Source: Scyliorhinus canicula (taxonomy: Eukaryota). Taken from it: a DNA stretch of 64,000 nt. The position numbers and the translations under genes are program-made. Numbering within the stretch: position 1 is the first letter of the stretch; the number at the start of each line of letters is the position of its first letter. The notes under the pieces were generated by a model. It was not told where the DNA came from, did no database searches, and saw only the letters and a list, made by a program, of their open reading frames with translations. This document shows positions 24,701-36,740 of the stretch, piece after piece. The stretch spans positions 71,103,443 through 71,167,442 of the forward strand of contig NC_052149.1 of assembly GCF_902713615.1 (NCBI RefSeq), read 5' to 3'.

Positions 24701-27040
24701 GGGAAATCTCTGCTATTACATTGGTAGGGTGTTGAAAGAAGACTTCATGTCTGTCCTCCACCCAACAAAATGAGGAAGTAGATATAGAACTCGTGGAGAG
24801 AGACTGTGAGGTTCTTGAGCAAATTGTCAGAGGTTGTGACTAAGTATTGGAGGTGTACAAATCTCCAGGCCTGTTGTCCCAGGCTGCTGTGGGAAGTGAG
24901 GGAGGAGATTGCAGGGGCTCTAACCCAAATTTTTAATTCCCCTCTGGCCTTGGGGGAAGTGCCAGAGGACTGGAGAACAGCTAATGTGGTCCTACCACTT
25001 GAGAGGTTGTAGAGATAAGCCAGGGAACTACAGACCAGTGAGTTTCACGTCAGTGTTAGCGAAAGCATTGGGAAAATTTCTGAAGGAGAGAATCTGTCTC
25101 CACTTGGAGAGGCAGGATTTGATCAGGAATAGTCAGCATGGCTTTGTCAGAAGGAGGTCATGCCTGACAAATTTGATTGCATTTTTTGAGCATGTGACCA
25201 GGTGTGCAGATGAAGGTAATGTACATGGATATCAGCAAAGTCTTTGACGAGGTCCACATGGGAGACTTATAAAGACGTCAAATGCATATGGGATACAGGG
25301 TAACTTGGTTGTTTCAAAATTGGCTTGGCTGTAGGAAACAGAGTGTGATGACAGATGGCCACTTTAGTCACTGGAAGCCATTGCCTAGTGGTATACCACA
25401 GGGATCTGTGCTGGGTCACCTGTTGTTTGTCATTTATATAAATGATGTGGATGACGGGGGGGTAGGATCAGTAAGTTTTTGTTTGGGACACAAAGATTGG
25501 CTGGGTGATTAACAGTGAGGTTGAGTGTCTTGCTTACAGAAAGATAGACGGGATGGTCAAATGGGCAGAAAAGTGGCAGAGGGAATTTAACCCTGAAAAA
25601 TGTGAGCTGATATGCTTTGGAAGGAGTAATGTGACAAGGATGTATTCAATGAATGGCCTGACACTGGGAAGTTAGAACATAGAACAGCACAGAACAGGCC
25701 CTTCGGCCCTCGATGTTGTGCCGAGCAATGATCACCCTACTTAAACCCACGTAACCCGTATACCCGTAACCCAACAATCCCCCCATTAACCTTACACTAC
25801 GGGCAATTTTACCCGGAGGAAACCCACGCACACACTGGGAGGACGTGCAGACTCCACACAGACAGTGACCCAGCCGGGAATCGAACCTGGGACCCTGGAG
25901 CTGTGAAGCATTGATGCTAACCACCATGCTACCGTGAGGCCCCTCAAGTTCCGAGGAACAAAGGGGCCATGGTATGTTTGTCCATAGATCTCTGAAGGCA
26001 GAAGGGCAAGTTAATTGGGAGGTGAAAAAGGCATGTGGGACACTTGCCTTTTTCTTTTTTTTTGAAGAAAATATTTTATTAAGGCACTTTTAAAGTGGAA
26101 AGATCCAACAAAGACAAAAAAACCCACATGAACATAGCCAACCCCCCCCAAAAAACACAGACCCCAAACAACATGGTCCTTATAAACGCTCCGTCTCGCT
26201 GCCCTCCCGTCGTTGGTTTTGCTTCCCTTATTTGTCGTCTCCCCCCCCCCCCCCCCCCAGCAGCAGAATAATTTTCTTTAAAGAAGTCGATGAACGGCTG
26301 CCACCTCCGAGCGAACCCCTTAAGGCAAATTTTATTTTCTCCACCCTGAGAAACCCCACCATATCGCTGACTTGACGTCTGCAAATCCTTTTCAAAAGCC
26401 TCTCAACCTCGTGTATGCCCAGAACATGTGCACATGGTTCGCAGGACTTCCCGCACAGCGCCCACACCTGCCCTCCCCCTCTATAGAACTTTGGTGAGGC
26501 CATAGCTGGAGTACTGTGTGCAATTCAGGTCGCCACATTATAGGAAGAATGATTGCTTTGGGGCAATTGCAGAGGTATTTCACCAGAATGCTGCCTGGGA
26601 TGGAATAAAGTTATGAAGAGAGGTTGGATATGTTTGTGTTGTTTTCGCTGGAGCAGAGAAGACTGAGGGGTTACCTGATTGAGGTGTACAAGATTTATGA
26701 GTGTGGGTAGGGAGCAGCTGTACCCCTTAGTTGAAGGGTGAGTTACATGGGGACATAAGCTCAGGGTCAGGGGGTTTTGGGGGGGGGGGGGGGCGCAGTT
26801 TGAGGAAAGGAGGGTGGTGACCGTCTGGAATCCAGTGCTTGGGAGGGTGGTAGAGGCAGGATGCCTCACACCCTTTAAAAAAAAAAAAGTACCTGTATGA
26901 GCACTTGGCACGTCATAATATTCAAGTTATGGACCAAATATTGGCAAATGGGATTAGGTAGGTAGGTCAGTTGTTTTTCATTTCAGTGCAGACTCGATGG
27001 GCCGAAGGGCCTCTTCTGTGCTATATTATTTGTGATTCTG
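21792..27040 (+). mobile_element. Near full-length decayed CR1 LINE (tandem-repeat 5'UTR, Zn-finger/esterase ORF1, ORF2) with nested SINEs and an L1 3' fragment
   Basis: ORF1 remnants CxxC, MVCCLPGVRVKDVS and HIGTNDIGR (SGNH esterase); ORF2 EVPEDWRTANV, PGNYRPVS, GIPQGSVLG; CR1 tail at ~27000. Nested SINEs 22292-22502, 24084-24399 and 25674-25944; L1 fragment ~26052-26480. Confidence 0.88.
21845..22045 (+). repeat. ~30-bp tandem repeat in the CR1 5'UTR
   Basis: About 6 units of gagaggcgagacttcagtaaagagcgc.ga. Confidence 0.85.
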
Positions 27041-27249
27041 TGGATCCAACTCCTGATAATATGAACCTGCTTGGGATGATTTTCTGCAAGTGTGGCCTTA
27101 TGCTAAAGAGATGCGCATGGATTGCTGTTTATTGCTCCTTTCCTAGGTTTTGCAAACTTCCACAGCTCTGAAGACAAATGATGAGCAGCTTCATGTTGTC
27201 AATTTCAGCATTGGTGATGCCAAACTTGCAGAACGCACAGCAATGTCAC

Positions 27250-27410
27250 CACATGGTAACAAGCCAGGCCCCTTCCCCAACCCTGGTAACAACCATGGTG
27301 CCAGGCCCCTCCCCACCCTGGTAACACCATGGTAAAAGTGCAGATCCCGCCACGAACCCTGGTAACACCATGGTAATGTGGCAGGCCCCTTCCGGTAAGG
27401 ACTGGTACCC
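27250..27410. repeat. Imperfect 35-41-bp repeat with a recurrent ccctggtaacaccatggtaa core
   Basis: Cores at 27252, 27281, 27316 and 27357. Confidence 0.75.
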
Positions 27411-27906
27411 CGGCCGCGCACCTCACACGCAGCTGTCCCTCCCTCCCCAGCCACTCTTCCCCTCTCACTACCCAGCCCCCTCCTCTTTCATGGCCAGAGT
27501 TGCCTCCCTGTCTGGGCAGCAGATATGTCCCATCTGGCCCTCCTCTGCCCTCACTCTCAGGAGAGCAGACATATAACCGCTTTGGATATGGTATGTGTTG
27601 TACAAAGATCAGAGGAGAGTAGGTGTGATTTCTGAACAAATACCTTGAATAAAGTCTAATTTATCAAGATAAAAAAATCCTTGCATATTGTTGAGCCATG
27701 CCAAAGGATACCAGTCATAACAACTTTCTGTGCCGTGCAATGCAAGTTTTAAAAAAGCAATTAAGGCTAGCAAAGTTGGTTAGCACGGTATCTTTTCACC
27801 TCCAGTATGCTGGCTTCAAATCCAGTTCATGGCAATGGAGTGAAAACCTAAACAGACAGCCATGTCAATTTGAAAGTTCAAATCGAATTCCTCATGAATG
27901 TAGTAA

Positions 27907-28126
27907 GGGGCTCAGTGGTTAGCGCGGGACAATGGCGCTGAGGACCTGGGTTTGAATCCCGGCCCTGAGTCACTATCCGTGTGGAGTTTGCATATTCTTC
28001 CCGTGTCTGCGTGGGTTTCATCCCCACAACCCAAAGATGCGCAGTTTAGGTGGATTGGCCATGCTAAATAGCCCCTTAATTGGGAAAAAAAATAATAATT
28101 GGGTACTCTAAATTTATTCTTTTTAA
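27907..28126 (+). mobile_element. HE1-like SINE, A-rich tail, 14-bp TSD
   Basis: atgaatgtagtaag on both sides. Confidence 0.87.
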
Positions 28127-28212
28127 ATGAATGTAGTAAGAACTGTTGAGCTACTCAACGTGCAATACATTAGCAGATTTATTCAGGAGCTAAAGAATGT
28201 TAGTATGGTCAG

Positions 28213-28483
28213 AGATTCCCGGCTGGGTCACTGTCTGTGTGGAGTCTGCACGTCCTCCCCGTGTGTGCGTGGGTTTTCTCCGGGTGCTCCAGTTTCCTCC
28301 CACAGTCCAAAGATGTGCGGGTTAGGTGGATTGGCCATGCTAAATTGCCCGTAGTGTAAGGTTAATGGGGCGATTGTTGGGTTACGGGTATACGGGTTAC
28401 GTGGGTTTAAGTAGGGTGATCATTGCTCGGCACAACACCGAGGGCCGAAGGGCCTGTTCTGTGCTGTACTGTTCTATCTATGT
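28213..28483 (+). mobile_element. 5'-truncated CR1-tailed HE1-like SINE
   Basis: Body and tail match the copy at 30316-30650. Confidence 0.87.
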
Positions 28484-29419
28484 TAGAAGGTAAGGAACCC
28501 TCTTGGATTAGTTACCAAGGAGCCTTGTTTGAAAAAACAGTGTTTTGATGCTGCCATGTTATGTTAAAATGGGCATTGTTTTATTTCTGGAACGTAGCTC
28601 AAAACTAAAAGAACGTTAAAGGAGCATCATATTCGGCTGCTTTATATTAGGCCGCATTGCCTGAGCTTTCAGATTTGAGTTGCTGGCTGATGTGATGCAG
28701 TTTAATGACACTTCTGAAAACTCTTCACAAATTTATTATACTAGAGACTGAAATGAAAAATAGGCTACCGCTATTCAAAATTACTCATTACCTTTATGTC
28801 CCACCTGTCTTGGTTATTTTTGAATCCAGGTCCGGGATGTGAAAGTCCCTTTTAGTAGCAAAGTGCATCCTTGAAATGAGCATCAGTCTATTTAATGGCC
28901 ATAATTTGGTACTAAAATTGGATTGTTGGTGTGTGAAATGGAATGTTGCACTGGTGCAGCATGCCCTCTACTTAAAATGGGGTTAAGACCCTTATTGGGA
29001 TTGAACAGGAGGAGAGTTATTGATTTAGTACCTGGTCTGACATTGGGTGCCCATAATAAAAACATTTCATTTGCTGGTTCATTGATTACATGAGTACGGA
29101 GTGTAAGTTGAGCTCTAATTTAGTGAGCATTAAGTTTTTGATTTTGAGGCATGTTCTGCTACTTTTGAATATGCAGTAAGCTTGTTTTGTCAATTGCGAT
29201 CCAAATATCCTTTACAGTCTTAACATCTCGATTGGCGTTCAGTGTGTAGGAAAGCTGTTTTCACACCGCTTGCCTTGTATCAGTGCTAGAGATGACATTG
29301 TCTCAAACAAATAATATTTTTGTTTTCATCTTGGAAACTTACACAGATTTCTTGGTTTTCTCAGCAGGCGCTTTGTTCTCACGACTTACTGGTTACTTGC
29401 TCTTGTATTGAGCCTTTCA

Positions 29420-29700
29420 CAACTACCAGATATAAAGCACTTTACAGCGAATTGCGCTTCTCAATGGGCAATAAATGCTGGCTTAGCAGAGACATTCCTA
29501 TCCCATGAACTAATTTTTAGAAAGTGCTTTTTTTTTTGAAGTGTAGTCACATGTAGGAAACATAACAGCCAATTTGCAAACGCCAAACTCCCACAAATAG
29601 CAACATCATAATGGCCACACATCTGCTTTTGTGATGTTGATTCATAAACACATATTGGTTAGGACACTGGGGATAACTCCCCTGTTTTGCTCAATAGAGC
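29420..29700 (-). mobile_element. Old Deu-domain SINE remnant (SacSINE1-like)
   Basis: tttgaagtgtagtcac..taggaaac..cagccaatttgca..cccacaaatagcaa resembles the Deu domain; similar remnants near 58810-59005 and 63455-63830. Confidence 0.65.
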
Positions 29701-29899
29701 CATAATTTTGTAACACTTGGAATACCAAAATTGCATCTTTAATAATTTTCTTGGGTTAAACAGATGTTTTGAAAAATTGAGTCAAGCACGCATCTTATGC
29801 TCCCTGTAGTAAGAGTGGACAGTCTAATTTGTTTTCATCAAAATATGGACATTAGTAACCTGTGACTTGACTTTCAAGGTGAACTTGCAAGCATTCAGG

Positions 29900-32800
29900 T
29901 CGAGGATCTTTCCGAGCACTAGATACTGCAAAGTCTATGGGCCCTGCCAATATCCCAGCATTTGTACTGAAGACTTGTGCTCCAGAACAAACCGCACCCT
30001 TAGCCAAGCTGTTCCAATACAGCTACAACACTTGCATCTACCCGGCAATATGGACAATTGCCCAGGTGTGTCCTGTACACAAGAAACAGGATAAATCTAA
30101 GTCAGCAAGTTACTGCCCTATCACTGTACTCTCCATTAGCAAAGTGATGGAGTCATCAACAGTGCTCTCAAGTTGGCGCCTACTCAGCAATTTTTTTTTG
30201 GAAATGTTTTTTATTGAGTTTTCATGTTATATCCAACAAATTATTAGAAAAAAAAAACGCAAAAATTAACATGTATATTTACAGGTAAGCATCTTCATAA
30301 TAACAACTAATAATAGGGGCAGCACGGTAGCTTGGTGTTAGCATAAATGCTTCATAGCTCCAGGGTCCCAGGTTCGATTCCTGGCTGGGTCACTGTCTGT
30401 GTGGAGTCTGCACGTCCTCCCCGTGTGTGCGTGGGTTTCCTCCGGGTGCTCCGGTTTCCTCCCACAGTCCAAAGATGTGCGGGTTAGGTGGATTGGCCAT
30501 GCTAAATTGCCCGTAGTGTCCTAAAAAAAAAGAGTAAGGTTAGGGGGGGGGGTTGTTGGGTTACGGGTATAGGGTGGATACGTGGGTTTGAGTAGGGTGA
30601 TCATTGCTCGGCACAACATCGAGGGCTGAAGGGCCTGTTCTATGTTCTAACTGTGGCCACCCCCTTTAACCGGCATACATATTTGACTTTCCGGAATATG
30701 GCCGAGGCACATGTTTATAGGCATTTATTTACAATTTGGTTTTGGGCCATAGCTTGCCATCAGACTGTCGCTTGCGGCTTTGTCCTTTTTTTTTTCCGGA
30801 ATACTTTTTATACAAGTTTTCAACAACAAATTTTATCACAACAGAGAAAAACAGTAACCCCTCCCCTCCAATACAAAAACAATAAATTAACAAGAAAAAG
30901 AAATAAGCATAAAACCATGAGAACAAACCCCCATAACGAACCCGTAGTGCCCCCCCCCCCCCCCCCCCCCCCCCCCGGGCTACCTTCCCCCGATTCCCGC
31001 CCATTTTCCCCTGATTCTTGGCCACCCGACTATTCTTCCTCTTGTTCGTTGGTCACAAACAGGTCCCGGAACAATTGCATGAATGGCTCCCACATTCTGT
31101 GGAAGCCGTCATCTGACCCTCGGATGGCGAATTTGATTTCCTCCATTTGGAGAGATTTCGAGAGGTCGGACAGCCAGCCTGCAGCTCTGGGTGGTGCTGC
31201 TGACCGCCAGCCAAACAGGATTCTACGGCGGGTGAACAGGGAGGCAAAGGCAAGGGCGTCCGCCCTTCTCCCCAGGAATAGATCTGGCTGGTCTGAAACC
31301 CCAAAGACCGCCACTATTGGGCATGGCTCCACCCTCACCCCCACCACTTTGGACATAGCCTCGAAGAAGGCTGTCCAGTACTTCACAAGTCTGGGGCAAG
31401 ACCAGAACATGTGGGCGTGGTTGGCCGGTCCTCTTTGGCACCGTTCACATCTGTCCTCCACCTCCGGGAAGAACCTACTCGTACGGTTTCTTGTTAAGTG
31501 GGCTCTATGAGGGCAGCACGGTGGCCTAGTGGTTAGCACAACCGCCTCACGGCGCTGAGGTCCCAGGTTCGATCCCGGCTCTGGGTCACTGTCCGTGTGG
31601 AGTTTGCACATTCTCCCCGTGTCTGCGTGGGTTTCACCCCCACAACCCAAAAATGTGCAGAGTAGGTGGATTGGCCACTCTAAATTGCCCCTTAACAGAA
31701 AAAATAATTGGGTAATCTAAATTAAAAAAAAAAAAAGTGGGCTCTATGTACCACTTTTAGTTGCGTCAGGTGGAGTTGACCCTATGCAGTGCTTCGCTCC
31801 AGAGTCCCCACCCTATCTCAATCCCCAGGTCATCCTCTCATTTCTTTCATGTTGCGTCCAGTACGGTGTCATCCCTTTCTACCAGTCGGTCATACATGTC
31901 GCTACAGTTCCCTTTCTCTAGGATACTTGCGTCCAGTAGGTCTTCCAGTCGTGGCGGTTGTGGGTACGCCCTTGTCTCCTTTCGTAAGAAGTTTTTGAGC
32001 TGCAGATACTGTAGCTCGTTCCCCCTGGCTAGCCGAAATTTCTCTGTCAGTTCGTCCAGTGTTGCGATCCTGCCGTCCGTGTATGGGTCACTGACTGTCA
32101 GTGTCTCCGTCCTGCCTCCACCTTTTGAAGGTGGGGTCAGTCAGTGCTGGTGTGAACCTATGGTTGTTGCAGATGGGAGCCTTGTCCGACATTTTGGTCA
32201 GGCCAAATTGCTGCCGCAGTTGGTTCCAGGATTGGAGGGTGGCTGTCACCACTGGGCTGCTGGAGTGTTTTTTGGGTGGGGGTGGGAGTGCTGCCGTGGC
32301 GAGGGCCCGGAGGGAGGTCCCCATGCAGGAGTCCTCCTCCGCATGCACACACTCGGCCTCTGGCTCCTGGATCCATCCCCTTACTCGCTCGGCTGTTGCC
32401 GCCCAGTGGTAGAATTGTAGATTTGGGAGAGCTAGCCCCCCCTGGATTTTGTTTTTTGTAGGACCTTCTTTGGGACCCTAGCATTCCCCCCCCCCCCCAC
32501 CATACGAACGCCACGATTAGTTTGTCCAGCGCTTTGAAAAAGGCCTTGGGGGATGTAGATCTGAATGGATCTAAGTAGGGAGAGGTACCTGGGCAGTACG
32601 TTCATTTTGATCGTCTGGACTCTCCCCGCGAGGGAGAGTGGGAGTGTGTTCCATCTTTGCAGGTCCTTTTTTACTTCCTCCGTCAGACTGGTGAGGTTCT
32701 GTTTGTGGATCCCTTTCCAGTCATGGGCTATTTGGATCCCCAGGTAACGGAATTTGTGTCGGGCTTGTTTGAATGGCAGCCCCTCTAGTGCTGCCCCCCC

Positions 32801-35220
32801 CCCCCCCCCCCCCCGTGGGTGTACTGGGAAGATCTCATTTTTGCTCATGTTGAGTTTGTAGCCCGAGAAGGCTCCAAACTCTTTCAGGAGCGCGATGATT
32901 CCGTCCATGCTGCTTCGTGGGTCCGAGATATAGAGGAGCAGATCATCTGCATAGAGTGAGACTCTGTGCTCTCTGCCTCCCCTTCGGATCCCCCTCCAAT
33001 TTTTTGCTGCCCTGAGCGCGATTGCTAGCGGTTCGATTGCTAGTGCGAACAGCAGCAGGGACAGTGGGCATCCTTGTCTGGTGCCCCTGTGCAGCTGGAA
33101 GTATTGGGAGTTGGTATTGTTGGTCCGTACACTCGCCATGGGAGCGTTGTATAGGAGCTTTACCCAAGCGGTGAACCCTGTTCCAAGCCCGAACCGCTCC
33201 AGTACCTCAATGAGGTATTTCCATTCGATTCTGTCGAAGGCCTTTTCTGCGTCCAGGGAGACGATCACCTCTTGTGTTCTCTCCCCGGAGGGGGTCATTA
33301 TCACGTTCAGCAGGCGCCTGATGTTCGCGGTAAGCTGTCTACCTTTGACGAAGCCCGTCTGGTCCTCTGTGACCACCTCAGGTACACAGTCTTCTAGCCT
33401 TTTGGCTAGGATTTTGGCCAGTATTTTGGTGTCTGCGTTCAGCAGAGAGATAGGTCTGTATGACTCACATTCCATTGGGTCTTTGGCTTTCTTAGGTATC
33501 AGCGAGATTGAGGCCTGTGCTAACGTGGGTGGCAGTGTGCCCCTAGCTAGTGAGTCTGTGAACATCTCCTGCAGGTGCTGTCGCAAATTTTTTGTAGAAG
33601 TCCGCCGGGAATCCGTCCGGTCCCGGCGCCTTCCCTGTCTGCACGGAGCTAATGCTGTCCATGATCTCTCCCAGTACTAGTGGTGCTTCCAGGTCCCGTT
33701 TTCTGCCCTCTCCCACGACTGGTATGTCCAGTCCATCAAGGAACCGGTTCATCCCAGCCTTCCCTGTTGGGGGCTCTGAGGTGTACAGCTGCGCTTACTC
33801 AGCAATGACCTGTTCATGGGCACTCAGTTTGGTCATTCTGCTCCTGTCCTTATTACAGCCTTGGCTTAAACATGGACAAAGTAGCCGTGCCCGAGTTGAG
33901 GTGAGTGACTGCCCTTGATATCAAGGCTGCATTTGACTGAGTATGGCATCAAGGAGCTCTAGCTAAAGTGGAGTCAATGGGGCGCGGGGAAAACTCTCCG
34001 CTGGTTGGATTCATACTTGGCACAAAGGAAGATGGTTGTGATGGTTGGATGTCAATCATGGCTCCAAGACATCACTGCAGTGGTTCCTCAGGTAGTATCC
34101 TTGGCCCAACCATCTTCAGCTGCTTCCTCAATGACCTCACTTCCATCACAAGGTCAGAAATGGTGATGTTTGCGGATTACTGCACAATGTTTACCATTTG
34201 CAACTCCTCAAATAATAAAGCAGTCCATGTCCAAATGCAGCAAGACCTGGACAATATCTAGGCTTGGGCTGATGAGTGGTGAATTATGTTTGTGCCACAC
34301 AAGTGCCAGGCAATAACCATCTCCAAAGGAGAGGATCTAACCACTGTCCAGTGACATTCAATGGCATTATCATTGCTGAACCCCCCACAGTTAACATCCT
34401 GAGGGTTACCATTGATCAGAAACTGAACTGGATTAGGTGTATTAATACTGTGGCTACCAGGGCAGGTCAAAGGCTAGGAATCCTATGGCAAGTAACTCAC
34501 CTCCTGACCCCCTCTCCCCAAAAGCCTGTCCACCATCTACCAAGGCACAAGTCAGGAGTGTAATGGAGTACTCTCTACTTGCTTGGATGAGTACAGCTCC
34601 CAACAACACCCGAGAAGCCCGACACTATCCAGGACAAAGCACACATCTTATGCTCCCTGTAATAAGAGTGGGCAGTGTAATTTATTTTCATCAAAATATG
34701 TAAATCAGTATCCTGTGACTTGACTTGGTGAGTTACTGTAGTGCATCTTGTCGATGGTACACAGTGGTGGTGGGTTTGAATGTTTGTGAAAGGGGGAGCC
34801 GTTGATTGCTCCCTCTTCCACAAACATTCAAACCCATCATAACCGACGAACAGTGGCAGCCATGTGTACCATCTACAAGATGCACGACAATAACTCGAGG
34901 TTCCTTGGACAATATCTTCCAAACCCACAACAACTACCATCTAGAAGTACAAGAGCAGAAAATATCTGGAAACCCCACCACCTGGAGGTTCCCCTCCCAA
35001 GTCACTCACCACCCTGACTTGGAAATATATCACCTTTCCTTCACTGTTGCTGGGGCAACATCCTGGAACTCCCTCCATAACAGCACAGTGGATGTACCTA
35101 CACCTCAAAGGACTGCAGTGGTTCAAGAAGGCAACTCACCACCACCTTCTGAAGGGCATCTAGGGATGGACAATAAATGCTGGCCTAACCACCGATGCCA
35201 GCACCCCATCAATTAATTTT
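29900..35220 (+). mobile_element. CR1/L2-clade LINE split by an L1 and rearranged near its 3' end
   Basis: GPANIPAFVLKTCAPE..LAKLFQYSY (29937-30190) continues after the L1 with GSILGPTIFSCFLNDL..MFADYCT; tail ggacaataaatgctggcc. Confidence 0.85.
30192..33790 (-). mobile_element. 5'-truncated L1/Tx1-clade LINE with near-intact RT
   Basis: ORF 32432-33586 YRPISLLNAD..SLDAEKAFD..GTRQGCPLS..YADD; C-terminal CxxC/HMFWSC; 16-bp TSD gcgc(c/t)tactcagcaat (30176-30191, 33791-33806). Nested SINEs 30316-30650 and 31510-31736 (TSD aagtgggctctatg). Confidence 0.93.
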
Positions 35221-35588
35221 AAAAAACTAAAGCCAATAAACTTGTTGGGTTAACATTTTTGTTACTCGACATTAGTGCTCAGAATGTTAGTGTACAAGCA
35301 AGTTTTACTTCATCTTGTTATTGTAATGCACTCTGATCATTTATTGGTACTAAATTGTTGCAGAGATATTGATTTACACTTGTTACTTTTCTCAAGTTCT
35401 TGGTATGATAGTTGCAGTGAAATTAGCTGATCAGATTTACAAAATAAATCACTGGAAACCTGGGTGACTCCAAGATTGCATTTAGTGTTTTGTTCCTGAA
35501 ATAGTATTTCTGAATTGATGTTTTATAATGCTACTTTTCTTGTACACCTGTTACAGTTTTCTGATCACATTTCTTTTTCACTTTGCAG

Positions 35589-35645
35589 TCTAGCATCTCT
35601 GTTCCAAATGTCGATGACCCAGAAGCTTTCCCAGCTCTGGCCTAA
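35589..35645 (+). CDS. SERBP1: SERBP1 last coding exon with stop
   Basis: ttctttttcactttgcag| acceptor. Encodes SSISVPNVDDPEAFPALA* (human ends APDVDDPEAFPALA*). Confidence 0.97.
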   Translation, partial: SSISVPNVDDPEAFPALA

Positions 35646-36012
35646 GTGGATGTTCTCAGCCTGGCCTGAAGTCCTCGGTGGGCCCCCTTCTATGAGGCTT
35701 GCATGCTTAAGGAACCCTTCTCAACTATATTAATAGAAAAATGGAAAAAAAAGACTGTCATCCATGCCATTCACACCTACAAACTGTCCACAAGGAATTG
35801 TTGAAATGGACTTCTCTTGCTACACAGAAGCAACAAATATTGGTAGCTGGTTTTATATCCACAATAAAGTAAATGGTAGCAGAGGAAAAAAAGCTGTTTT
35901 CATAATAAATTTTCAGAAATTATTCATTCTTCATGGATTGATACTTTTTTGTATTGCTGCTTGAAAATGATGCATTTCCAAGCTTGAAATATAGGTGTGA
36001 AGAGTGTGTATC
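35646..36012 (+). promoter_or_regulatory. SERBP1: Proximal SERBP1 3'UTR with conserved blocks and candidate poly(A) signals
   Basis: Directly follows the stop. Blocks such as aaagactgtcat..ccattcacaccta and tgtattgctgcttg..tgcatttccaa.cttgaaatataggtgtgaa resemble the mammalian SERBP1 3'UTR as I recall it. AATAAA at 35863-35868, with further copies at 37118 and 37166. Confidence 0.7.
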
Positions 36013-36369
36013 AATGAATTCCAGTAGGGTGGTTTATTTCAAAGTATTTCGAATCATCTTGCCTTTATTGGGTGAATTCTTTCCTAATGCAATTTAGAAT
36101 GCTGCTGATCTGTTACTTACCTGGTGCAGTTCCAAGGAAATGCGCCCCTGTTTCAGAATGGAAATGGTGCAAACTGTCTCAGATTTTTCAGCAAATAAAT
36201 TGTCCTTTTTGGTTTGACATTGCAAGAGCTAGGATTCCAATGCCTTCCCATCTCCATTCCCTTCCCCAGTATTTTGGCTAATGGAGCAGATATCATTGAA
36301 ATGGACATTGTTTCTTACCAGTTTTTAAAGTGTTGTTATAAGTATTATGAATCCGATTACATAGTGGTT

Positions 36370-36740
36370 GTGTTACTGGGCTAGTATTTCAAAAGCCTGG
36401 ACTAATGATCCAAAGGTGCGAGTACAAATCTTACCACCACAGTGGGGGAAATTGAATTCAGTTAATTTAATAAGTTTGGAATAAGAAGTGACCATGAAAC
36501 TGCTGAATTGTAATCCCAACTGGGTCAGTAATGTCCTTTTTAAGGAAGGAAATGTGTCCTTTGCGGTCCGATTTACTTGTGACCCCAGACCAATAGCAAT
36601 GTAGTTGGTTCTTAACTGTCCTCTGAAATGGCTAGAAGCCACTCAGTTGTATTCAAGAAGACTGCTCAGCACCACCTTTTCAAAGGTAATTGGGGATGAA
36701 CAGTAAATGTTGGGCTTTGTCAATGACACCCACATTCCCA
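36370..36740 (+). mobile_element. Older shark SINE family with a CR1/L2-like tail
   Basis: gcctggactaatgatcc..caaatc..ggggaattgaattc..cacattcccatgaatgaa; antisense relatives near 45100-45360 and 47820-48245. Confidence 0.65.

Noticed and set aside
32432-33586. 384-aa ORF as a host gene
   Set aside because: It is L1/Tx1 ORF2 reverse transcriptase, 5'-truncated, frameshifted and flanked by a TSD.
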